Below, piece after piece: positions 1 through 7,301 of a DNA stretch of 23,492 nucleotides (positions are counted from its first letter, which is position 1; every line of letters begins with the position of its first letter). Made by a program: the position numbers and the translations under genes. Location: NCBI GenBank assembly GCA_038893995.1, contig JAWAQK010000039.1:1-23492 (forward strand). The letters run 5' to 3'. Below the pieces are notes generated by a model. The model was not told the origin of the DNA. It made no database searches and worked only from the letters and a program-made list of their open reading frames with translations. Source of the stretch: Candidatus Thorarchaeota archaeon. GTDB taxonomy: Archaea > Asgardarchaeota > Thorarchaeia > Thorarchaeales > Thorarchaeaceae.

Positions 1-299
1 CCTCACGGCTTCTGCCGAGTGTCAAGTCGGCCATCGACTCTGGTCTGGTGGTTGCATTGACATCTCAGTGCATCTGGGGACGCGTCAATCTGAACGTATA
101 CAGGACCGGTGTCGAACTCCTTGAACTGGGTGCTGTGCCCTGTGGCAACATGCTCTCTGAAACTGCGCTTGTCAAGATGATGTGGCTCCTTGCCAACACT
201 AGCGACTCAGAAGAAGTCGCCCAGAAGATGCCTATTCCACTTGTAGGTGAAATCAACTCCCGAACCATGATCTCCGATTACGATATAGATGGGGCGTAG
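1..299 (+). CDS. gatD: Glu-tRNA(Gln) amidotransferase subunit D, 3' end (partial at window edge)
   Basis: Frame open from position 3. It contains the asparaginase-type C-terminal motifs TSQC.WGRVNLNVYRTG and MLSETALVKMMWLL, and lies 6 bp upstream of gatE. Confidence 0.93.
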   Translation, partial: SRLLPSVKSAIDSGLVVALTSQCIWGRVNLNVYRTGVELLELGAVPCGNMLSETALVKMMWLLANTSDSEEVAQKMPIPLVGEINSRTMISDYDIDGA

Positions 300-305
300 A
301 ACACC

Positions 306-2222
306 ATGACGGACACGATGAACCCGACCATGAGAGTTGGTCTTGAGCTTCACCAGCAGCTTGATACCAAACGAAAGCTCTTCTGTCCCTGTCCGCCTAC
401 GATCCGTGATGATCCTCCTGATGGCTTTTTCATCAGACGTCTTAGACCCACGCGAAGCGAGCTGGGGGAGACCGATCCCGCTGCACTATTCGAGTTCAAG
501 AGGGGGCGTCTGTACTATTACGAGTATTACACCGATACTACCTGCTTGGTAGAGTGTGATGATGAGCCTCCTCATGACATGGATGAAGAGGCAATTGATG
601 TCTGTCTCACCATCGCAGAACTACTCAACTCAGATGTTGTGGATGAAATACACCCAATGCGGAAGATAGTGATTGATGGGAGTAATACGAGCGGATTTCA
701 GAGAACCGCAGTGGTCGCGTTGGGTGGCTCAATTACGGTCTCAGGCCGGCCAATCCGAATTCAGTCAATATGCCTGGAGGAAGATGCAGCAAGAGCTGTC
801 GGTGACGGTGACTCCAAAGAGATCAAGAGATATCGACTGGATCGACTGGGTATCCCACTAGTTGAAGTATCGACTGCGCCAGACATAACATCTCCTAAAG
901 AAGCCCAAGAAGTGGCCCTTGCTTTAGGTTTGCTACTGCGATCCACAGGCAGAGTGAGGAGAGGACTTGGCACAATTCGACAGGATGTCAATGTGTCCAT
1001 AGCGGGCGGGGCCGTCATTGAGATAAAAGGATTGCAGGAAATTGAGCTACTGGGTACGACAGTCGAACTCGAGGTACGCAGGCAAGAACGGCTCCTTCAA
1101 ATTCGTGATGAACTCGCTCTTAGAGGAGTTCGTCCTGAAGACATATCTGGATCCATCCACGATGTCACTACCGTATTCGAACACACACAATCGGGACTCA
1201 TCAGAGCTGCCATCTCGAAGGGCGGCGTTGTCCTGGCAGTTGTTCTCCCCGGCTTCTCGGGTCTTCTGAGCCGTGAGATCCAACCTGGACGGCGTTTTGC
1301 CACTGAACTGTCTGACTATGCAAAGTTCTGGGGAGGTGTCGGTGGGATAGTCCACACAGATGAGCTTCCGCGATACGGCATCACTGCCGAAGAGGTACAC
1401 AGCCTTCGCAAAATGGTCGGTGCGCGCAATGACGACGGCGTCGTTCTTGTGGCATCCGATGTCGATTCATCACGCCTCGCCCTCGATGCGGTTGTTGACA
1501 GAGCCAGACACGCCGTAAGAGGCGTGCCTCCAGAAACACGCGTTCCGCTTCCAGATGGGACGACCAAGTACGCCCGTCCCCGTCCAGGCTCCGAGAGAAT
1601 GTATCCAGAAACTGATGTCCGTCCGGTGAAGATCTCCCAATCGCGTCTGAGGTCGATTCTCGAAACCCTGCCCGAACCCCTAGACAAGAAAGAACAGCGG
1701 TTCACGAGTGAATACGGGTTGAGTCGGGAGCTCGCCCGACAGATCGTGCGCTCTCCCCACCTAGATCTATTCGAACATATCCTCAGTTCGGTGAATGTCC
1801 CTGCAACCCTTGTAGCCACCACGTTGGAGAACACACTCGTGAGCCTAAAGAGAGAAGGATGTCCAACTGACAATCTTTCTGATAGTGCTCTTCTAGAGGT
1901 CTTCCGCGCAGTATCTGCGGGGAGAATCTCGCCCGACCAACTGCCTGACCTTCTCCGAATTATCGCTGAACAGCCATCGACCGGGGTTGAGCAGGCAATA
2001 TCCTCGATGGCCACGTCTTCTACCAGTACAGATGATGCCCTTCGACTCATAAGACGAGTCGTCAACGAACGTATCGACTATGTTCTAGCTCGTGGAGAGA
2101 ATGCATCTGCTGGGCTGATGGGCATAGTTATGAAGGAACTCAGGGGCAAGATTGATGGGAAAACCGTGAAGCAGCTCCTTGACAATGAAATATGGCAGGC
2201 TCTCAATCAGAACAGAGGGTAA
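306..2222 (+). CDS. gatE: Glu-tRNA(Gln) amidotransferase subunit E
   Basis: 638 aa. Motifs GLELHQQL, KLFCPCP, MRKIVIDGSNTSGFQRT, LEEDAAR, LDRLGIPLVEV, RGLGTIRQDVNVSI, RPRPGSERMYPETD; AspRS-like insert; C-terminal YqeY-like LMGIVMKELRGKIDG. Confidence 0.98.
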   Translation: MTDTMNPTMRVGLELHQQLDTKRKLFCPCPPTIRDDPPDGFFIRRLRPTRSELGETDPAALFEFKRGRLYYYEYYTDTTCLVECDDEPPHDMDEEAIDVCLTIAELLNSDVVDEIHPMRKIVIDGSNTSGFQRTAVVALGGSITVSGRPIRIQSICLEEDAARAVGDGDSKEIKRYRLDRLGIPLVEVSTAPDITSPKEAQEVALALGLLLRSTGRVRRGLGTIRQDVNVSIAGGAVIEIKGLQEIELLGTTVELEVRRQERLLQIRDELALRGVRPEDISGSIHDVTTVFEHTQSGLIRAAISKGGVVLAVVLPGFSGLLSREIQPGRRFATELSDYAKFWGGVGGIVHTDELPRYGITAEEVHSLRKMVGARNDDGVVLVASDVDSSRLALDAVVDRARHAVRGVPPETRVPLPDGTTKYARPRPGSERMYPETDVRPVKISQSRLRSILETLPEPLDKKEQRFTSEYGLSRELARQIVRSPHLDLFEHILSSVNVPATLVATTLENTLVSLKREGCPTDNLSDSALLEVFRAVSAGRISPDQLPDLLRIIAEQPSTGVEQAISSMATSSTSTDDALRLIRRVVNERIDYVLARGENASAGLMGIVMKELRGKIDGKTVKQLLDNEIWQALNQNRG

Positions 2223-2250
2223 GCTTAATAGGTCGACGAAGAGGCTCTGA

Positions 2251-2278
2251 AGCGGGCAGCATCTAGATGCTACCCGCT
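2251..2278. repeat. Near-perfect 28-bp palindrome between gatE and tRNA-Met
   Basis: AGCGGG-C-AGCATCT|AGATGCT-A-CCCGCT, with one mismatched pair. Extendable by CTG/CAG with a one-base bulge. Confidence 0.85.
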
Positions 2279-2309
2279 CAGGAATAAGTGCCGCAGTGGC
2301 CTAGCCTGG

Positions 2310-2339
2310 ATGCATCCGGAGTCATCCTCTGGTAGGCAA
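2310..2339 (+). other. 30-nt non-canonical D-loop tRNA intron (position 19/20), relaxed hBH motif
   Basis: Central helix GCCT(2304-07)/AGGC(2334-37), bulges GG^A and AA^T, outer helix CCTA/TAGG. Excision gives the normal D-loop AGCCTGGTTA. Confidence 0.8.
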
Positions 2340-2358
2340 TTAGGGCGCGGGACTCATA

Positions 2359-2420
2359 GTCAAGTCGGCACTCGTCGGCAATCAAGGGGTCATTGTGTTT
2401 CCAAAGGCCAGAGATGGGTC
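2359..2420 (+). other. 62-nt canonical (37/38) tRNA intron, BHB motif
   Basis: Helix CTCA/TGGG, bulges TA^G and TC^A, inner pairs TC/GA. Confidence 0.88.
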
Positions 2421-2562
2421 ATCCCGAAGTCGGGGGCTCGAATCCCCCCTGCGGCACCATACCTATGTCTACGGACTATTCTGACCATCTCGAGGCCAGG
2501 ACTCGCGGAATCATTCTCTTGAGTTACTAGTTCGCGTCGAGGATCTGTCTACTTGCCCAGAT

Positions 2563-3870
2563 CTACCCGTACCTACTTAGCAAACTCGGAGGGATCGAAT
2601 TGGACTGTATTATTTCTCGAAACATCTTCGCACTTTGCCTGGGCCTTCTCTCGAGTGTTTCATAGTCCACCTCGATGAGGCCGAATCGGCTGCTAAAACC
2701 TTGCGCCCATTCGAAGTTATCGGTCAGCGACCATACCAAGTACCCTCTTATGTCAACTCCTGCACTGATCGCCCGGTGTACCTCTCTCAGGTGTTGAACG
2801 ATGTATCTGCACCGAAGTTCATCATCTGTAGTGCCGATACCATTCTCGGTGAGGAAAATGGGCTTCCTGTAACGACTCCAGAATGACTCGATAACTGGAA
2901 AGTATCCCTCCGGATAGAACTCCCAGTCCAAGCCGTCGCATCGGGGTCTACTTGGATCCTTGGGCGGCATCTCTCCCTTCATGAAATCCAGACGTGACGA
3001 AACGACCATTCTGCTGTAATAGTTCAATCCTATGAAATCAACAGAGTTGTCTAGAGCAGGGTATCGAATAGACCCACCATCATCACTAGGAACCTCGCCC
3101 CTGATCGCTCCAGATATCCATCGATGATTGTATAGATTGTCCAAGTAGTTTGCCAGCTCGACATCCTCCTCCGAGTCAGGATTCTCGGGCATGAAGTAGG
3201 ACACGCTAAGTACAGGTGCAATCTGAGGCTGCTTCAGTCCATTATCCTTGTAGACTCTCCGAATCTGCTCGGCCGCGCGTCCATGCGCCATCAGGAGATT
3301 GCTTGCCACTGTCATTGCTTTGTTGAAATCCTTCAGTCCTGGAGGGAACTCTCCAAACAGGTATCCAGCAACGGAAACGATCATTGGCTCGTTGATAGTG
3401 TTCCAGATGATATCGAACTCGCAGAGCGACTCAGCAACCTTCCTGCAATATGGCGCAAAAATGTCGGGGCTCTCGGGGTTGAGCCACGCGCCAATGTCAC
3501 GGAACCATATTGGATTCGTGAAATGATGAAGAGTAACCATGGGTTTGATTCCTCGGTCTACGAGGGCCTTGACGACTCTTCGATAGTGTTCAACCTCCCT
3601 CTCATTCCATGCTCCTCGTGTTGGTTCTATCCTGCTCCACTCAACCGAGAACCTGTGAACTTGGTGACCGTACTCCTTTGCGAGGTCGAAGTCCTCCTCA
3701 TACCTGTTGTAATGGTCGCAAGACCTCGATGAGTTTGTTCCATCTCTTATCTTCCCGGGAATCCTCTCCCATTCTGACCAGTCATTCCTGTTTCCTCCCT
3801 CTGTCTGATGGGCTGAGGCTGCACTGCCCCATAGGAATCCCGAAGGAAATACCAGCGCTTCCCTTTTCAT
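2563..3870 (-). CDS. Glycoside hydrolase family 1 (beta-glucosidase/beta-glycosidase)
   Basis: FPSGFLWGSAASAHQTEG, RFSVEWSRIEP, TLHHF, catalytic TINEP (acid/base) and LTENG (nucleophile), WSLTDNFEW..G...RFGL. Confidence 0.96.
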   Translation of the reverse strand: MKREALVFPSGFLWGSAASAHQTEGGNRNDWSEWERIPGKIRDGTNSSRSCDHYNRYEEDFDLAKEYGHQVHRFSVEWSRIEPTRGAWNEREVEHYRRVVKALVDRGIKPMVTLHHFTNPIWFRDIGAWLNPESPDIFAPYCRKVAESLCEFDIIWNTINEPMIVSVAGYLFGEFPPGLKDFNKAMTVASNLLMAHGRAAEQIRRVYKDNGLKQPQIAPVLSVSYFMPENPDSEEDVELANYLDNLYNHRWISGAIRGEVPSDDGGSIRYPALDNSVDFIGLNYYSRMVVSSRLDFMKGEMPPKDPSRPRCDGLDWEFYPEGYFPVIESFWSRYRKPIFLTENGIGTTDDELRCRYIVQHLREVHRAISAGVDIRGYLVWSLTDNFEWAQGFSSRFGLIEVDYETLERRPRQSAKMFREIIQSNSIPPSLLSRYG

Positions 3871-4391
3871 AAAATGTCGCTCCAGTTCTGCCAGAGTTTG
3901 AGGCCTGATTTCATCCGCCCACTAATAACAGTAGCTGACCCACTATACCCATCGTGTCAATCGTGTAGTCAGAGGTACCAGATGGAAGCTTGCCAGATCC
4001 TCACAGGCATTCCCCCTTGAACCACAGGTTAGTCATGATTTTCCGCAACCAGGGTTAGTATTCAATCCCTCGGATATACATTTTCTATGTCTGCCTCGGA
4101 AACGTTTCAACGACTATGTGCATTTCACCATCAGAAAGAGCCTAGTTTCACACCAAAGAGTATCATTCAAGGACCTTGTCGTGTGTGCGATTCGTTCCCT
4201 CTCAGCTGTCATGAGTTTGTCGACGGGACCTCTCATCAATTGGATGGCAGAGCACGTACGAGCAATGTCGCATATATTCGCACTACGCTCTCGCTGGTGA
4301 AGACAACTCGCTCCTCTGACGAGTTCTTTTCCAAGGCAGGCTTTCCGGGCTCGCGTTTCAACTCTTCCCAAGCTCTCCCTAGTCGCTCAGG

Positions 4392-4505
4392 TGCGGGAGG
4401 TGGGCTTCGAACCCACGAACTCCTTCGAGAGCGGATCTCCTATCAATGACCCACACGGTTCTGATCTTAAGTCCGCCGCCTTTGGCCAGGCTCGGCCACT
4501 CCCGC
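4392..4505 (-). tRNA. tRNA-Leu(UAA) with 29-nt 37/38 intron (4437-4465)
   Basis: Reverse strand: GCGGGAG/CTCCCGC+A; anticodon stem GCGGA/TCCGC around CT-TAA-G; long variable arm; GTGGG-TTCGAAG-CCCAC; BHB CTTA/TAGG with AG^A bulges. CCA is not fully encoded (CCT). Confidence 0.93.
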
Positions 4506-4580
4506 ACTAAGCTCTGTCACGGCACAGCCCGCATATGGCAGATTGATGAACCAGTTTCCGGTTCCTCATACAAAGGTACT

Positions 4581-4702
4581 TGGTGGGGCGAGCCGGAGTT
4601 TCAGTCACAGACGGTGGCCCACGGCCACGCCTGGAATGACTTTTGAACCAGCGATCATCTCGGTGTAAGCGAGATATCATGGCCAGGCTAGACCATCGCC
4701 CC
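4581..4702 (-). tRNA. tRNA-Val(UAC) with 44-nt T-loop intron at 59/60 (4598-4641) and encoded CCA
   Basis: Reverse strand: GGGGCGA/TCGCCCC+A+CCA; TCTCG-CT-TAC-AC-CGAGA; T-stem GCTGG/CCGGC. Strict BHB with helix TTCA/TGAA, bulges AA^A and AC^T, inner helix GTCA/TGAC. Splicing restores TTCAAAT. Confidence 0.92.
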
Positions 4703-4724
4703 TGCTGCTTTCCTCTATTTCACG

Positions 4725-4734
4725 GTTTAAAAAG
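4725..4734 (-). promoter_or_regulatory. Probable TATA box for tRNA-Val (possibly a Val-Leu dicistron)
   Basis: CTTTTTAAAC on the minus strand, about 25-30 nt upstream of the tRNA 5' end. Confidence 0.6.
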
Positions 4735-4854
4735 ACTTACCCGCCGAGATTCACTCCGGCAGGAAACTGTCAATCTCATCCCACGACACCACCACTGTAC
4801 TTGCCTCCTACGACTTTCGCACAATACGAGCCGAGCAGTTTCAAAAACAGTATT

Positions 4855-4929
4855 TGGTCGGGACGGGGCGAATTGAACGCCCAACCAACGGATCTACAGT
4901 CCGATGCTCTGCCATTGAGCTACGTCCCG
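4855..4929 (-). tRNA. tRNA-Tyr(GUA), intronless, encoded CCA
   Basis: Reverse strand: CGGGACG/CGTCCCG+A+CCA (C1-G72 archaeal/eukaryal Tyr identity); GCTC/GAGC; CT-GTA-GA loop; GGGCG-TTCAATT-CGCCC. Confidence 0.95.
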
Positions 4930-5192
4930 TGGTAAGATACCACTCCCAAATAAGGATTGGTGGGCCATTCGATAAAAACGTTACTAAGTCCTGCTCGAAT
5001 GTTGCAAAGCCATACTTGCATGACACCATTTCTTTACGACGGGTAGACCATGGGTTCATGTCATTGGGAAGGCTGATATGACAAACTGAAGTTTTCCCCA
5101 CAGAAACAACATCTACATAATCTCTCAGCTGAATGTCCTTTGTCCAGAGGACTTTTGTACACGTCCGCGTCAGTATCTCCAGAGGCACTACG

Positions 5193-5876
5193 ATGTCGAA
5201 TGCGAAGATGCATGCTGTTCTGAGCGCATTAGGATCAGTCCCTAGCTGCGGGACGATTGGACTAGGTAGCGGATCAACAATGGCGATATTCGCCCGAGAA
5301 CTCGGTAACAAGATCCGGAACGAGAAACTGGACCTCTCTGTGGTGCCAACGTCATATCAGGCATATAGACTTGCAATTGAGAATGGACTACCGCTCACTA
5401 CCCTTGATGAACATCCTGATCTCTCATTGGCAATCGATGGCGCCGACGAGGTAGATGAGTTTCTGAACCTGATCAAGGGTGGCGGCGGTGCCCTCCTCCG
5501 CGAGAAAGTGGTTGCATACGCATCCAGGAACTTCATTGTAGTAGTAGATGAATCAAAGCTTGTCAGGAAACTGGGCGCTAGGTTCCCTATACCCGTCGAG
5601 GTCCTGCCATTTGCAGTCGAAGTTGTCCGGAGAAAGTTTGCTGAGATGGGACTAGAGGCAGAGCTGAGAGAAGGACGGGCCAAACTTGGTCCGGTTGTGA
5701 CTGACAATGGCAACTTCATCTTGGATCTGAAGAATGTTGGACCCCTGGATGATCCACGTGATTTCTCCATTCATCTGAGAGCTATACCCGGAGTCATCGA
5801 AACTGGGTTGTTCATAGGAATGACTCATGAGGTCCATGTAGGTACTGAAACTGGTGCTTTCATAATCAGGAGATGA
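5193..5876 (+). CDS. rpiA: Ribose-5-phosphate isomerase A
   Basis: IGLGSGST, IDGADEVD, LIKGGGGALLREK, DESK, PVEV, VTDNGNFILD, PGVIETGLF. Start placed at ATG 5193 (ORF open from 5133). Confidence 0.97.
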   Translation: MSNAKMHAVLSALGSVPSCGTIGLGSGSTMAIFARELGNKIRNEKLDLSVVPTSYQAYRLAIENGLPLTTLDEHPDLSLAIDGADEVDEFLNLIKGGGGALLREKVVAYASRNFIVVVDESKLVRKLGARFPIPVEVLPFAVEVVRRKFAEMGLEAELREGRAKLGPVVTDNGNFILDLKNVGPLDDPRDFSIHLRAIPGVIETGLFIGMTHEVHVGTETGAFIIRR

Positions 5877-5880
5877 TGAT

Positions 5881-5980
5881 TGGCGGGCCCGGCCGGATTT
5901 GAACCGGCGGTTACCAACTTTCTCCTCTAATCGACCGAAGCTAGGAGGCTGGTGCCTTATCCATGCTAGGCCACGGGCCC
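5881..5980 (-). tRNA. tRNA-Arg(CCU) with 22-nt 37/38 intron (5920-5941) and encoded CCA
   Basis: Reverse strand: GGGCCCG/CGGGCCC+G+CCA; CCAGC-CT-CCT-A...A-GTTGG; GCCGG-TTCAAAT-CCGGC; helix CTCC/GGAG with TA^G and AA^A bulges. Confidence 0.93.
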
Positions 5981-6003
5981 CAGGAATGCCTTACCGGGTC
6001 ACC

Positions 6004-6017
6004 TGTTAAAGCTTTCC
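6004..6017 (-). promoter_or_regulatory. BRE/TATA-like promoter of tRNA-Arg
   Basis: GGAAAGC-TTTAACA on the minus strand, about 24-37 nt upstream of the tRNA. Confidence 0.55.
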
Positions 6018-6020
6018 TAG

Positions 6021-7301
6021 TCACCACTGTGACGTACGTGCAGTTATCTTAGCACCACTTTCTACGGCATCGACAAGAGCACTACCCTGTCTTGTCTTGA
6101 GTCTTATTGAGGACTCACCGCTTCTGCCCACAACAGTTGTCAGAACGTACTCATCATCAGCAAACAGGTCTAGTTTCTGTCCTGCGTACTTGCGACCGAC
6201 ATATACTGTGACTCTCTTGGAAGAGTAGTTCACAGATACGGGAATGACGTCCGACGTCCTTTCACTCTCCATGTGTGCTTCCCGAAACCGAGCCTGTGGC
6301 AGAGAGCCCCTGACTGGGACAACGACTTTCTCGCCTCCGAAAGTAAAGATCTCGTATTCTAAGACTCCCCACTCGAAATCTCTCACTTCTACTACAGGAC
6401 GGGCGAGATCTCTCTGCGAGTTACTCATTCCCGTGGGCAGTTTCACCTTCAGTGTCAACGAAACAACTTTGGCCACTCTTCCCGCTTCAATCTGTACAAC
6501 CGTGTCCACAGTGCTCGGGACCTGTCCGAGCTCCACGCGACCTCCCAATATCAGTCGTTGTATCGCATCTATCGGAGACCCCGCATGAACTACCCCCACC
6601 ATTCCCACACCTGCAGATCTCAGGTCCGCATATGCCTGGAAATCTGAGTTCTTCCTCAACTCATCATAGACTACGTAATCTGGTCTTACGAGGAGCAGTA
6701 TGTCGGCGGCCTTCTCCATGCTCCCGTCGAGTGGTGCATATTGAACTATCTCCTCACTCACTTGGAGGTCACGGGGTTGTTCCAGCGTCTTGACAATGTT
6801 TCCGCGACGACTGTAGAACTCGGCCAAAGCAGCAGCAAAGGTACTCTTCCCCGAGCCTGGAGAACCTGATACGAGGATTCCTTCTGCTCTGCTCTCGAGT
6901 CTCTTCATCAGCTTGTCACTCAGCTGGTAGTCCTCAATCGAGAGCTTGATGATCGGTTTGATGACTGAGATTTCAAACTTGTCAGCAAACGGTGGCTGAG
7001 CTATGGCAATGCGAAGATTTCTCAGCTGAACGACGGTGGCGCCATTCTCTTCTATCTCAATGAATGACTCTCTGTCGTTCTGAGCCTCTTCAATTATCGC
7101 CTCCGCAAGTGCATCAAGCTGCTGGAATGTCAATATCTCTTTTGAAAGATCGACGAGAGACCAATCACCGGGTGCTCCCCTCTTAGCTCGGGGAGGATTC
7201 CTCTCGATGAGGTGGACGCTCATGGTATGTGCGTCAAAGTATGACTCCAAGAACTTCAGTCCGGACCTGCTATTATCATTCAGATCATCCCAGTCTGTCA
7301 A
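6021..7301 (-). CDS. PINA-family (PilT/VirB11-like) ATPase lacking the N-terminal PIN and internal KH domains
   Basis: FD..TMSVHL....PP.AKRG.PG.W, GATVVQL, Walker A GSPGSGKST, TLEQPRDL, LLVRPDYVVYDELR, GMVGVVHA, RPVVEVRDF..LEYEIFTFG. TTG start preceded by a GGTGA RBS and an in-frame TGA. Confidence 0.88.
   Translation of the reverse strand: MTDWDDLNDNSRSGLKFLESYFDAHTMSVHLIERNPPRAKRGAPGDWSLVDLSKEILTFQQLDALAEAIIEEAQNDRESFIEIEENGATVVQLRNLRIAIAQPPFADKFEISVIKPIIKLSIEDYQLSDKLMKRLESRAEGILVSGSPGSGKSTFAAALAEFYSRRGNIVKTLEQPRDLQVSEEIVQYAPLDGSMEKAADILLLVRPDYVVYDELRKNSDFQAYADLRSAGVGMVGVVHAGSPIDAIQRLILGGRVELGQVPSTVDTVVQIEAGRVAKVVSLTLKVKLPTGMSNSQRDLARPVVEVRDFEWGVLEYEIFTFGGEKVVVPVRGSLPQARFREAHMESERTSDVIPVSVNYSSKRVTVYVGRKYAGQKLDLFADDEYVLTTVVGRSGESSIRLKTRQGSALVDAVESGAKITARTSQW

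Larger units (their letters stand above)
2290..2459 (+). tRNA. Elongator tRNA-Met(CAU) with two introns (19/20 at 2310-2339; 37/38 at 2359-2420) and encoded CCA
   Basis: Acceptor GCCGCAG/CTGCGGC+A+CCA; D-stem GCCT/GGGC; anticodon stem CGGGA/TCCCG around CT-CAT-A; T-stem GGGGG/CCCCC. The GCCG 5' end fits elongator Met rather than initiator (A1-U72) or Ile2. Confidence 0.9.

Noticed and set aside
1316-2065. Long antisense ORFs (also 8974-9582, 15579-16226, 21041-21541 and others)
   Set aside because: They are shadows of confidently identified genes on the opposite strand.
2359-2420. Box C/D guide RNA or nested intron within the 62-nt tRNA-Met intron
   Set aside because: No RTGATGA/CTGA boxes and no clear internal BHB motif.
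2310-2522. 70-aa ORF, and similar ORFs at 4087-4449, 4446-4646, 4643-4876, 4841-5311 and 4854-5081
   Set aside because: They overlap well-formed tRNA genes or rpiA and have no protein-like features.
2460-4391. Integrated element with att sites at tRNA-Met or tRNA-Leu
   Set aside because: No duplicated tRNA 3' end, integrase or transposase was seen.
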